Shown here piece after piece: positions 35,385 to 45,054 of a stretch of 64,000 nt of DNA. How positions within the stretch are numbered: position 1 is the stretch's first letter; each line of letters starts with the position of its first letter. Position numbers and translations under genes: made by a program. The notes under the pieces were generated by a model. That model was not told the origin of the DNA, did no database searches, and saw only the letters and a list, made by a program, of their open reading frames with translations. The stretch comes from a virus, in IMG/VR virus record IMGVR_UViG_3300009171_000001, positions 1 to 64,000 of that record; one strand, written 5' to 3'.

Positions 35385-36770
35385 GTGAAGATACAGCACC
35401 AAACATTTGATGAGGAGCGGGTGGTGTTGATAGGCATGATAGTAGATAAAACTGTTTTGGGTAGAATATCAACCAAATGGCAGCCACCCATGTTTTTATC
35501 ACCACATGCTAACAAGGTGGGTCAATGGTGTATAGATTATTTTCATCAATATGAAAAAGCCCCAGGCCGACACATTCAATCCCTATATGAAAGTTGGGCT
35601 GTTGATAGTCGAAACAAAGACAGTACAGAAATAATAGGTTCATTTCTTGACAGTCTAAACAAACAATATAAAAGGCTGTCCCAAGATAGCAATAGTCAAT
35701 ATGTAGTGGATTTGGCTGCCAAGCATTTTAATCGGGTGAAGTTGAATCAACTGACAGATGCTATAAGTGGGGATTTAATTCAAGGTAAGACAGACAAAGC
35801 TGTAAGCAGAGCTTTGAATTACCATAAGGTGGAAATGGGTGTGGGTGAGGGGATTAAGGTTTTTCAAGATAAGGATGTTATATGTGAGGCGTTTGAAGAG
35901 AGTCATGAACCATTGATAAAGTACACAGATGGATTGGGTAAGTTTTTTGGGGATACATTAGAGCGGGATGGATTCATAGCATTTCAAGGCCCAGAAAAAC
36001 GCGGCAAATCTTTTTGGTTGTTAGATGTGGCATTTCGAGCGGTGATTCAAAAACGCCGTGTAGCCTTTTTTGAGTGTGGGGATTTAAGCCGCAATCAAAT
36101 AATGAGACGATTTATGGTACGAGTATCACGCCAACCGCTATATCCTTGCGATGTACGTTACCCATTGTCTATCAAACACAAACCCAAACGACCACCAATT
36201 ATCCGTACAAAACATAAACATTACAAAAAGGGATTGACTTGGCGGGCATCCTATAAAGCGTGTAGGATGATTACCAAACACCGCAAACTCAAGGATGCTT
36301 TACGATTATCCGTTCATTTTAATGATACTTTGAATGTTGAAGGTATTAGGGGGATGTTGGAGGAGTGGGAGAGGGATGGGTGGATACCGGATGTGATTGT
36401 GATAGATTATGCCGATATTCTCAATATGGACCATACGGGTTTGGAGGGGCGGGATAGGATAGATTACACGTGGAAACAATTGAGACGGTTGAGCCAGGAA
36501 AGACACTGCCTTGTGGTAACAGCCACCCAAACAGCTGCACGTGGATATGATGTATTGACACAAAGCCAAAAACATTTTAGTGAAGACAAGCGTAAAAATG
36601 CCCACGTGACTGGGATGGTGGGATTGAATCAGACGGTGAAGGAGAAAGAAAAGGGTATTATGAGGCTCAATTGGATTGAGTTGCGTGAAGGGTGGTATAG
36701 CGAACGGCAATGTTGTTATGTAGCCACTTGTTTTGAGTTAGCTAATATGGCTGTGAAAAGTTGTTTCTAA
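35385..36770 (+). CDS. dnaB: DnaB-like replicative helicase
   Basis: GPEKRGKS Walker A, VIVIDYAD and TATQ motifs. Confidence 0.85.
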   Translation: MKIQHQTFDEERVVLIGMIVDKTVLGRISTKWQPPMFLSPHANKVGQWCIDYFHQYEKAPGRHIQSLYESWAVDSRNKDSTEIIGSFLDSLNKQYKRLSQDSNSQYVVDLAAKHFNRVKLNQLTDAISGDLIQGKTDKAVSRALNYHKVEMGVGEGIKVFQDKDVICEAFEESHEPLIKYTDGLGKFFGDTLERDGFIAFQGPEKRGKSFWLLDVAFRAVIQKRRVAFFECGDLSRNQIMRRFMVRVSRQPLYPCDVRYPLSIKHKPKRPPIIRTKHKHYKKGLTWRASYKACRMITKHRKLKDALRLSVHFNDTLNVEGIRGMLEEWERDGWIPDVIVIDYADILNMDHTGLEGRDRIDYTWKQLRRLSQERHCLVVTATQTAARGYDVLTQSQKHFSEDKRKNAHVTGMVGLNQTVKEKEKGIMRLNWIELREGWYSERQCCYVATCFELANMAVKSCF

Positions 36771-36857
36771 AATGAGATGAACAATAATATAGTGAAGAAA
36801 GGTGATTAAGTGCTATTAGATTACCCTATAAAACCGTCGAATCTATTGCTACCGCAA

Positions 36858-36934
36858 GCTACAGCCTGCGAAGTACTTGCGGGAGGTATAAAACCCCGTA
36901 CTTTTAATAATCGCCTGTCTAATCGTCGCACGGT
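36858..36934. repeat. Dispersed intergenic repeat, copy 1
   Basis: GCTACAGCCTG and the 31-bp CCCGTACTTTTAATAATCGCCTGTCTAATCG are identical at 60686-60760. Confidence 0.85.
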
Positions 36935-36973
36935 AGTAGATTCACAAATAGAATTGATGAAAGGAGATTGAAA

Positions 36974-37135
36974 ATGAGAACGTGGGAAGATTTTGTTGAA
37001 GATATGATAAGTCAAGGCCGGTCATTGAGACAAATATATGCAGTTTGTTTGGGTACGCATTGGTGGGATAATTGTCAGGAGATAATGGATAGGGCCAGAC
37101 AGTTGAGAAAATTTTTCAAAAAACCGAAAAAATAA
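36974..37135 (+). CDS. Hypothetical 53-aa protein (not in the ORF track)
   Basis: MRTWEDFVEDMISQGRSLRQIYAVC...; RBS AAGGAG. Confidence 0.55.
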   Translation: MRTWEDFVEDMISQGRSLRQIYAVCLGTHWWDNCQEIMDRARQLRKFFKKPKK

Positions 37136-37216
37136 TCATTGAATTACAAGATGATTAGCAATAATATAACAGTGAAACATATTTATCAACTTTTTATGAT
37201 ATGAAAGGACAAGAAA

Positions 37217-37768
37217 ATGGCAAAGGTAATGAAAGTAGAAAAGAGTAAGGCTGTGGCTTTGTTTGTGGCGATGGGCTTCAAGACTGCCGGAAAGTGGGAT
37301 GCTGAAAAGCTGACCGAAAAGATTAACCTGATTGAGGATGCCCCAGAAAAGCCGCTGGAGGATGAGGCTTTGGATGGCCTTTTGGATGAAATCCTGGGGG
37401 CAGCGGGGGACATCGTGGTTGTGGACGACGAGGCCGAGGGTGACGAAGAGGAAGAGCCTGAGGCCGATGATGAGGATGAAAAGCCCAAAAAGGGCAAAAA
37501 GGACAAAAAGGCAAAGGCAACCAAAAAGCCTGTGAAGAAGAACCTGAACCGAATCCACGCCGTCACGGACATTTTGAGAAAGCTGAAGAAGAGTGGTGCT
37601 ACAGCTGAGGACATCATCAAAGCAGCGGATGATGCCTATGTTGCAGATGGTGGCAACAGCAATCTGAAAGAAGCCGGATACAGCACTCACAGGGTCATTC
37701 AGGTAATGGAACGGCTTGGGATGGTGTCTGTGGAAGATGGTAAAGTCCGTCCGGTCAATCCTGTCTAA
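37217..37768 (+). CDS. Hypothetical protein with acidic and Lys-rich linker and HTH-like C-terminus
   Basis: 183 aa; RBS AAAGGA; promoter-like motif at 37157. Confidence 0.7.
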   Translation: MAKVMKVEKSKAVALFVAMGFKTAGKWDAEKLTEKINLIEDAPEKPLEDEALDGLLDEILGAAGDIVVVDDEAEGDEEEEPEADDEDEKPKKGKKDKKAKATKKPVKKNLNRIHAVTDILRKLKKSGATAEDIIKAADDAYVADGGNSNLKEAGYSTHRVIQVMERLGMVSVEDGKVRPVNPV

Positions 37769-37785
37769 ACAGCACAGCGGGGATT

Positions 37786-38844
37786 TTGATGAAACGATAC
37801 CAAAGTGCAATTGGGGTAAGGGGTGATTGTTTATATTGCCCCTTGCCTTTGTCTATTGATACCTATTGGAATTGTGAACCTGATTGTTATCATTGTTATA
37901 GCCGCCGCCTTAATCGGATATGGGGGATGGATTTGCGGCCTGCTGACCCTGATGCTATCGCCCACAAATTACATAATGGATTGAAATGCAAAAATCCACG
38001 TAGTAGTTTGGCTTGGGCTTTATATCATAAGAAAACCTTGCGGGTGGGAAATCGTACAGACCCATATCAACCAGCTGAATTGAAACATCAAGTTACTCAT
38101 CAGGTATTAAATATCTTGATTGATTTGAAATGGACGTTTGTTATTCAAACGCGATTTACAAATAATATGTCTAATGATGAAGAGGCCATACTCAAAGCAA
38201 AGGATAAACAACTCATTACTTTGCTGCCCATTATTAGTCCAGGGGGGGAGTGGGATAGGACTGTTTTGGAAAAAGGGGCAACACCATCAATTCATAGCCG
38301 ATTACAAATCATCCGTCGATATATCAAAAAAGGTGTGCCTGTAGGTGTGGGGGGTGAACCTTTCATTCCTGGTTTGCATACGCCTAAAATGTTTGAAGAT
38401 ACTTTGAAGTCATTAAAATCAGTAGGGGTAAAAAGTTATAATACATATAATTTGCATTTCAACGACCATGTAGCCAAACAACTGGTTGGTATTGGATTAG
38501 ATATTGAAAGGATTTGGCATTATAATCAGGACAAACAATGGCGTCCAATTTTGCATAGGTTGTGCGAAATGGCTGATAGGCTGGGGATAGTATTGGGTTG
38601 CCCGGACTTTGTCAACGTACCGTACAGTTATACAACAAAATCTAACACTTGCTGCGGTATATCGGTAACAAACCCCAGCCGATTTAACACAGACACTTGG
38701 CGAAGGTTGTTGATGGATGGGAAAAAACCAGGATGGGTGTTGAAAAAGACGTGGGAGGGGATTGGGAATAAGGAGATGGGATGGAAAATCTTGTTTGGCA
38801 AACCGTGTGAATTTTATACGATGAAAGATGCAGGGATTATATGA
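37786..38844 (+). CDS. Radical SAM protein (SPL-like)
   Basis: CEPDCYHC CxxxCxxC motif; TDPYQP.E. Confidence 0.9.
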   Translation: MMKRYQSAIGVRGDCLYCPLPLSIDTYWNCEPDCYHCYSRRLNRIWGMDLRPADPDAIAHKLHNGLKCKNPRSSLAWALYHKKTLRVGNRTDPYQPAELKHQVTHQVLNILIDLKWTFVIQTRFTNNMSNDEEAILKAKDKQLITLLPIISPGGEWDRTVLEKGATPSIHSRLQIIRRYIKKGVPVGVGGEPFIPGLHTPKMFEDTLKSLKSVGVKSYNTYNLHFNDHVAKQLVGIGLDIERIWHYNQDKQWRPILHRLCEMADRLGIVLGCPDFVNVPYSYTTKSNTCCGISVTNPSRFNTDTWRRLLMDGKKPGWVLKKTWEGIGNKEMGWKILFGKPCEFYTMKDAGII

Positions 38845-39560
38845 AAAGAAGAAAAGACCGGATATTACCAAAAGATAAATGGAAATTTGATGATGCTGTT
38901 GCTAATTGTTTTGATAATATGTTGGAACGTAGCATACCTCAATATGAAGTAATGAGGAAGGCGGTTGTTGATATTGCTTGTGAATTTCAATCGGATAATA
39001 CTTGCATTATGGATTTGGGAACGTCTTTGGGGGGGAGTTTATCTCCTCTGATAGAAAAGTTTGGAAATAGAAATCATTATGTAGGGATGGAAATGTCTAT
39101 TCCCATGATTGAAAAAGCGAATCGAAGATTTGAAAAAGAGGTAAAAGAGGGGTATGTAATAATAAAAGAACATGATTTAAGAAAAGGGGTGCCCCAATCC
39201 CCCACGTGCATTGCTATGTCTATATTGACAATTCAATTTACACCAATAGAATATCGTCCTCATATCATTAGTTCTGTTTTTGAAACACTAATATCTGGTG
39301 GGGTTTTCATTTTGGTAGAGAAGATATTGGGTCAGACAAGTCATATAGATAAGTTGATGACCAAATTGTACTATAATATGAAAGGCAAGGCTGGGTATTC
39401 TCAAAAACAGATAGAGAGAAAACGATTGAGTTTAGAAGGAGTGTTGGTGCCTGTGACGGCTAAGTGGAATGAAGAGCTTTTGTGTTGGGCTGGATTCAAA
39501 GAGGTGGAATGTTTCTGGCGATGGATGAACTTTGCGGGATGGGTGGGGATAAAAAGATGA
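38841..39560 (+). CDS. cmoA: CmoA-like carboxy-SAM synthase / SAM-dependent transferase
   Basis: W.FD..VA..FD.M+.RS+P.Y, DLG.S.G, T+QF, L.EK, KR.SLE.V and NF motifs of CmoA. Confidence 0.78.
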   Translation: MKRRKDRILPKDKWKFDDAVANCFDNMLERSIPQYEVMRKAVVDIACEFQSDNTCIMDLGTSLGGSLSPLIEKFGNRNHYVGMEMSIPMIEKANRRFEKEVKEGYVIIKEHDLRKGVPQSPTCIAMSILTIQFTPIEYRPHIISSVFETLISGGVFILVEKILGQTSHIDKLMTKLYYNMKGKAGYSQKQIERKRLSLEGVLVPVTAKWNEELLCWAGFKEVECFWRWMNFAGWVGIKR

Positions 39561-40300
39561 AAGATTTATGGATATGTCAAAAATGGAAGATGAAAAATGT
39601 GGGGAGCACTTTGTCGGAAATTATCGAAGTGGGAGGAAAGAGGACTGTCTGGCATGAACATAGAATTAAACACCTAAGTGAAAATGTATGGTGTTTATAT
39701 CAAGCACTTCAAATAGTGGGGGGTGTAAAATCAGTGATAGACCTTTGTGCTGGAATAGGATTGTGGGCGAAGGTGATAGAACAGGAAATAAAACCTTTGC
39801 GATTGACTTTGATAGATTTGGATTATGCTTGTTGTGAAAGATTGAAAACACAATTTCCAACAGCTGATGTTCTCTCAGATAATTATTGGAACATATCTTG
39901 TAGAGGTTATGATTTAGTTTGTATGGATGTTACTATTAGCACGGCTCATAGGATATTTGATAATAATCCTGATATTCCATTAATGAAAGTGTTGGGGGAA
40001 GGAGTTACTTGGATCATAATATCGGATTGTGCTGCCCCTAAATTACACCTCAACAAAAAATCTTATGAAAATGTACTTAAAGGTGAAATTGATTCTTATG
40101 AAGACTACATAAGATTATATTCAAAAAGACTTTTGAACAAAACAGGAAAATCCATTCATACCGTTTTTCTAAGTGGCGGTTCTAAACGTCCACATTCAAG
40201 TTACTTTTTAATCAAAAATGATGCGAGAGATTTTGAGATTAAAAGGGTAGAGAATGTTCCTGAATCTTCTTTTTATCGGGGGGATTTATTGAATGATTAA
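39557..40300 (+). CDS. Class I SAM-dependent methyltransferase-fold protein
   Basis: VIDLCAGIG motif I, LIDLD motif II. Confidence 0.7.
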   Translation: MKDLWICQKWKMKNVGSTLSEIIEVGGKRTVWHEHRIKHLSENVWCLYQALQIVGGVKSVIDLCAGIGLWAKVIEQEIKPLRLTLIDLDYACCERLKTQFPTADVLSDNYWNISCRGYDLVCMDVTISTAHRIFDNNPDIPLMKVLGEGVTWIIISDCAAPKLHLNKKSYENVLKGEIDSYEDYIRLYSKRLLNKTGKSIHTVFLSGGSKRPHSSYFLIKNDARDFEIKRVENVPESSFYRGDLLND

Positions 40301-41144
40301 AATTGATACTCCCGTAGAAAGTCACTATATAAAGGGGAGGGAGATTTGGGTGAAAAGAGAAGATTTATGCACCCAAATCCCAGGCCCACCTTTTAGCAAA
40401 TGTCGGGGATTGTATCCTCATATGAAAAGGTTGCGGGATGAAGAGAAAGTACATATAGTGGGTTATGTTGAAACACCCATATCAATGGCTGGATGGGGTG
40501 TGGCTTGGTGTGCTAAGGCTTTGGGAATGACTGCGGTAATATATGAACCCCAATATAAACATGGCGCACCAAAAATGTTGATTAAGCATAAACAACATTG
40601 GGAAAAGTTTGGAGTGATAATCGAACATATCCCAGCAGGCATGACTTGTATTAATCAACACATAGCCAAAAAACATTTGTTGAAAAAATACGGTGCCAAA
40701 ACACATTTGTTACCCATAGGGATACCTTCAATAGAAACGGTGGAAGAAACAGCTGCCGAATGGCGGAGGACAATATACCAATATGGTAAATTTGAAAATG
40801 TTATCGTTCCTGTAGGCAGTGGTACCATTTGTGCAGGTGTATTAAAGGGGATGTTACCTGAAGATGGGTGTTTGACTGGAGTAATGGTTTATTCTAAAAA
40901 CATTCCAAAAAAATTCAAATCCATTTGTAATAAAGCGGGCAAACAAAATCTTCCCTTGTTAGAAAACAATCTTAATTTTAGATTGATTGATCCTGGATGG
41001 AGTTATACAGAAATGGCAACCATACAAGCACCATTCCCTTGCCACCGATATTATGATTTGAAAGGCTGGCAGTGGTTATTAGAAATGTTGCCTACAATGA
41101 AAGATAGAGTGTTGTTTTGGAATATAGGCTCAGAAGGTCAATAA
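40293..41144 (+). CDS. PLP-dependent enzyme (ACC deaminase/D-cysteine desulfhydrase fold II)
   Basis: IWVKREDL......SK.R, VP.GSGT..AG, YD.K and LFWN.G motifs. Confidence 0.85.
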   Translation: MIKIDTPVESHYIKGREIWVKREDLCTQIPGPPFSKCRGLYPHMKRLRDEEKVHIVGYVETPISMAGWGVAWCAKALGMTAVIYEPQYKHGAPKMLIKHKQHWEKFGVIIEHIPAGMTCINQHIAKKHLLKKYGAKTHLLPIGIPSIETVEETAAEWRRTIYQYGKFENVIVPVGSGTICAGVLKGMLPEDGCLTGVMVYSKNIPKKFKSICNKAGKQNLPLLENNLNFRLIDPGWSYTEMATIQAPFPCHRYYDLKGWQWLLEMLPTMKDRVLFWNIGSEGQ

Positions 41145-41187
41145 GCAATAATATCTTATACGGTTAAGTTAATAGGATTTTATTTTA

Positions 41188-42615
41188 ATGAATTACTACG
41201 AGTTGAGAAAAGCTGTGGCTCAAGTCATCCCGCATAGTCACCGGATTACGGGGGAGAGGATGAGAGTACGGGCGGTGAAAGAAAAGGGACGCAAAAGTGG
41301 ATATGCTGAGTACAAATTGTCTCAACAGGAGTGGGTAAAACAAGAGCGGTTGTTAAATGTAGATGAAGTGAGTAGTTTTATTGAAGTTAGTTGCAGGGCA
41401 CAGGCTTGCCCAATGCCATTAAACATCGACATTTGGGATGGATTGATTTGTCCCTACAATTGTTGTTATTGTTTTGCTAATAGTTTTAGGGCATCTTTGT
41501 ACACAGCATTTTTTGATAATAGCAAAACTATGGGTATGCGGCATTGTAACACTGCTAAGTACAAAAAGGATTTGGACAAACTATTCCTTCAATATCGTGG
41601 TAAAAATTCTCATGACATAAACAATCCTGTTGCTAAGGCTATAGCTATAGGAATACCTATACGATTTGGCATCCGGTTTGAGGATTTTTTGAAGCAAGAG
41701 GAGAAAAGCGGGGTGAGTTTGGAAATGTTGAAATACCTTGCTAAGTGCAAATATCCTTTGATGGTCAATACCAAGTCTGTATTGATAGGTCATGAAGAAT
41801 ATGTTCATGCATTAAGTCATAACAAAGGCAAAACGGCAGTACATATCACTTTAATAAGTAGTAACAATGGTTTGTTGAAGGCTTTAGAACCTGGGGCACC
41901 ATCCTATGAGGATAGAATAGGGGCTATGAAAAATTTGGTGTCTGCTGGGGTGAGGGTAGTAGCCAGGATTGAACCGTGGATGCCTTTTGTGAATGACGAC
42001 CCTGACCATACCGAAAAATATATGCAAGATTTGAAAGATATTGGGGTAAAACATTTGACCTTTGATACATACTCCTACAGCGCCAACAATCCAGGTATTG
42101 CCCAGGCTTTCCGAAATCTCAATATGGATTGGGATAGGATTTTCTCCATGGGTTGTGAAAGTCAAGGTTTTGGCAGCATCCTGTTAGGTTACTATATGAA
42201 ATTGTGGCAAGACAAAGGATTTCATTGTTCAACTTTCGATATGGGTAATATGCCCACTAATTCTCAATCTATCTGTTGTGAAGTGGGGGATTTGTTTGAA
42301 ACTACGGGTGGCTTTAATTACGGTTGTACTGTGATGGCTGCCAGATATATCATTGGTAAAAAAGGTTCATCGGTAAGTTGGGGGGAATTTTGTGCCCATG
42401 TAAATAAACATGGTGGATTTTTGTCCAAAGCCTTAAAAGATGAAGTATTATTGTTATGGGACTTTTTGGGTAAAGATGCTTATAGTCATGGTTGGAGTGC
42501 GGGGATGGAAATAGATGGGTGTGATGAAAATGGACATATGGTGTGGAAATATAATTCCGATTTAGATTTTCGTCAAGATTTGTTAAAAGGAGTAGGCATT
42601 GAGTTACAAAGCTAA
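41188..42615 (+). CDS. Radical SAM protein (SPL-like), paralogue of 37786
   Basis: CPYNCCYC motif; CPMPLNID; LEPGAPS...R; C-terminal CC. Confidence 0.9.
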   Translation: MNYYELRKAVAQVIPHSHRITGERMRVRAVKEKGRKSGYAEYKLSQQEWVKQERLLNVDEVSSFIEVSCRAQACPMPLNIDIWDGLICPYNCCYCFANSFRASLYTAFFDNSKTMGMRHCNTAKYKKDLDKLFLQYRGKNSHDINNPVAKAIAIGIPIRFGIRFEDFLKQEEKSGVSLEMLKYLAKCKYPLMVNTKSVLIGHEEYVHALSHNKGKTAVHITLISSNNGLLKALEPGAPSYEDRIGAMKNLVSAGVRVVARIEPWMPFVNDDPDHTEKYMQDLKDIGVKHLTFDTYSYSANNPGIAQAFRNLNMDWDRIFSMGCESQGFGSILLGYYMKLWQDKGFHCSTFDMGNMPTNSQSICCEVGDLFETTGGFNYGCTVMAARYIIGKKGSSVSWGEFCAHVNKHGGFLSKALKDEVLLLWDFLGKDAYSHGWSAGMEIDGCDENGHMVWKYNSDLDFRQDLLKGVGIELQS

Positions 42616-43309
42616 TAAACGCATTGAAGATATATTTGCTCATGCGGTAGCATTACAACAAAATGGACGTATGCGCAATACTATATATTGTAGAAAAAAT
42701 TATATTTATATCTTGAATCAAGATGATACAATTTTGCTACGATTTTGTTTAAGGCTCAGTGAGGTAGTATTTGCTCATCCAGTATCTTTTTATGCTAATG
42801 ATTATGATAGCAACAAGTTTTATGAAGAGGATGGAAAAATCCATTTTGTAATTGAAAATGAATTTCATCAAAGAATCAAACAATGTGGGACACCTAAGCG
42901 AAATCCCTTGCAGGTTCATAAATTATTTCAACAAATAAAACCGTTGATGGAAAATGCTGTGGATATAGGGGAATCTCTATTAGGATTTCTTGATGAGGAT
43001 TTGACCCATATAGAATTTTCTGCTTCAAAAGGCAAACTCAAGATTGTCCAACGTAATATCTATACAGGTTCAATAATAACCATCCAGGAAAAAACAGGGC
43101 AAGAACAAGGATTGGTACAAATATCCCCCCATCTAAAAGATTTTGTCCCAATAGCTATTCGTACCAAAGATTTTTTAGCCTTGTTTAGTTTTGCCAATAT
43201 TGTATCCTTTTGTTTTGGTGATCATTATATATGGGTAGAAAATAAAGACCATAAAATACCTTTTATGGGTATAATAGGATTATGTAGATATAATGAGTTG
43301 CAAGGATGA
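42599..43309 (+). CDS. Hypothetical protein in the modification cluster
   Basis: 236-aa ORF overlapping both neighbours. Confidence 0.6.
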   Translation: MSYKANKRIEDIFAHAVALQQNGRMRNTIYCRKNYIYILNQDDTILLRFCLRLSEVVFAHPVSFYANDYDSNKFYEEDGKIHFVIENEFHQRIKQCGTPKRNPLQVHKLFQQIKPLMENAVDIGESLLGFLDEDLTHIEFSASKGKLKIVQRNIYTGSIITIQEKTGQEQGLVQISPHLKDFVPIAIRTKDFLALFSFANIVSFCFGDHYIWVENKDHKIPFMGIIGLCRYNELQG

Positions 43310-44181
43310 AAGATTTGTTGGGACAACCCATTTCTCTTAAATTGCGTGAGAGGTATGTTGAACCACCTTTCACAGTTTTATCCACTTACTCTTCCTTTTG
43401 GATAAATCGACGGCGACAATGGTTGCGTTTGGGCATTCAAAGTGAATTGGGACGGACAAGTTCTACATTTAGTGGAGGATTGCCTAATTTCATAACCAAA
43501 ACCAAAAAATCAAAAAGTTTGAAACAACGTACTTCTATTTTTGATCCAGTTTTGTGTGAATTAATATATCAGTGGTTTTGTTTTGAAAATGGAAAAGTGT
43601 TGGACCCATTTGCGGGTGGAAGTGTGCGGGGGATTGTAGCGGGATATTTGGGTTATCCCTATGTTGGGATAGAATTGAGTGAACCCCAAGTAAAAGCTAA
43701 TGAGAAACAGGCCCATCATATTCTATCATCAAACATAAAAACATATCCACAATGGATAGTGGGGGATGCTGAAACCGTTTTGCCCACATTAAAAGAAAAA
43801 GTATCACTAATTTTTTCCTGTCCACCTTATATGAATTTGGAAAAGTTTAGTAATCATCCAGAGGATTTGAGTAATATGGATGATGAGCATTTTATTGCTA
43901 AATATAACCGGATTATACAATATGCCTGCAAATTGTTAAAACCAAATGGTTTTGCTTGTTTTGTGGTGGGGGATTTGCGAGATAAAAAAGGATATTTCAA
44001 AGATTTCCCCATGATAACTAAGCAGGCTTTTTATGGGTGTGGTTTGAAATTGTACAATGAAGCTATTTTGTTAAACAGTTTGGGTAGTGCTGCTATACGG
44101 GCTAAGTGTCAGTTTGATAGAGGGAGAAAGTTGGTGAAGGTACATCAAACAGTTCTGGTTTTCAAAAAGGTAAAGGATTGA
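43306..44181 (+). CDS. DNA amino-methyltransferase (N6A/N4C-type)
   Basis: SIFDPVLCE, VLDPFAGGSVRG and SCPPY motifs. Confidence 0.85.
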   Translation: MKDLLGQPISLKLRERYVEPPFTVLSTYSSFWINRRRQWLRLGIQSELGRTSSTFSGGLPNFITKTKKSKSLKQRTSIFDPVLCELIYQWFCFENGKVLDPFAGGSVRGIVAGYLGYPYVGIELSEPQVKANEKQAHHILSSNIKTYPQWIVGDAETVLPTLKEKVSLIFSCPPYMNLEKFSNHPEDLSNMDDEHFIAKYNRIIQYACKLLKPNGFACFVVGDLRDKKGYFKDFPMITKQAFYGCGLKLYNEAILLNSLGSAAIRAKCQFDRGRKLVKVHQTVLVFKKVKD

Positions 44182-44183
44182 TT

Positions 44184-44339
44184 ATGGGTGGCAAAAGTCG
44201 CAAATCAGGCGGTATTAGTAAAACACTGGTTCAACGTCTATCCCGTGAACATCGACAAAATCAAAAGGTGAAAAAAGATGAACGAATATCTACAAGCAGT
44301 GGAAAAAGCCGGTCAAAACCCCAACTTTTGGATGAGTGA
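44184..44339 (+). CDS. 51-aa basic peptide (not in the ORF track)
   Basis: MGGKSRKSGGISKTLVQRLSREHRQNQKVKK...; RBS AAGGA; overlaps the next gene. Confidence 0.4.
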   Translation: MGGKSRKSGGISKTLVQRLSREHRQNQKVKKDERISTSSGKSRSKPQLLDE

Positions 44340-45054
44340 AGAATACATCCAAAAAGCTAATTTGGTTTGGGTATATGAAAATGAACTTTTAGGATATAAA
44401 ATGAATCCAAAAGATGATGAATGGTTTTTTCCACCTATTGATAAAGATAGACAATTTGATTTGAAAAGGAACATTTTCTGCGGATTTGTTTTATCAGATT
44501 CAGATTGTGAGGAAGGTTCATTTTTGGATTTTCAATTTTTCTACAATCCCCCAGCATTTCTATCAATGCAAGGTAGTCATTGGGATGTGTTTCGTAAAAA
44601 CATTCGCAAAATTCCCAAACGTACCAAAGGTGAATTAATATATAAACCAATTTGTGGAAAAAGTTATTCTCAAGAAATATCCCAACTGATAATTGAGTGG
44701 TCTGACAGAATGGGAGAAGTGCAAGACCATATAGTTTGTATCAAATATGCTTTGAGTGGATGCAATCGTTGGGGTTTGTTTTTGGAAAACCAATTGATAG
44801 GATTAAATGTTTGGGATGAAAATTTTAAGTATATCAATTTTCGTTATTGTATAGATAATGGGATGCCTTTTCTACAAGAATATCTCCGTTATCGTTTTTA
44901 TCTTCGTATTATGCATATTCAAAAGTGGGTAAATGATGGTGGTGTTTTAGATAATGCTGGATTAAAACGGTTCAAAGAAAAACTGAACCCTATAACTATA
45001 GGAAAAGTTTGTCAATATAAAGGAAAGGATATGATTTATGCAAGTAGTACGTGA
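44278..45054 (+). CDS. GNAT-fold / DUF2156-like (aminoacyl-transferase-like) protein
   Basis: L...G..W..FRKN and WVNDGG.L...GL..FK.KLNP motifs resemble the MprF C-terminal/DUF2156 family. Confidence 0.6.
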   Translation: MNEYLQAVEKAGQNPNFWMSEEYIQKANLVWVYENELLGYKMNPKDDEWFFPPIDKDRQFDLKRNIFCGFVLSDSDCEEGSFLDFQFFYNPPAFLSMQGSHWDVFRKNIRKIPKRTKGELIYKPICGKSYSQEISQLIIEWSDRMGEVQDHIVCIKYALSGCNRWGLFLENQLIGLNVWDENFKYINFRYCIDNGMPFLQEYLRYRFYLRIMHIQKWVNDGGVLDNAGLKRFKEKLNPITIGKVCQYKGKDMIYASST

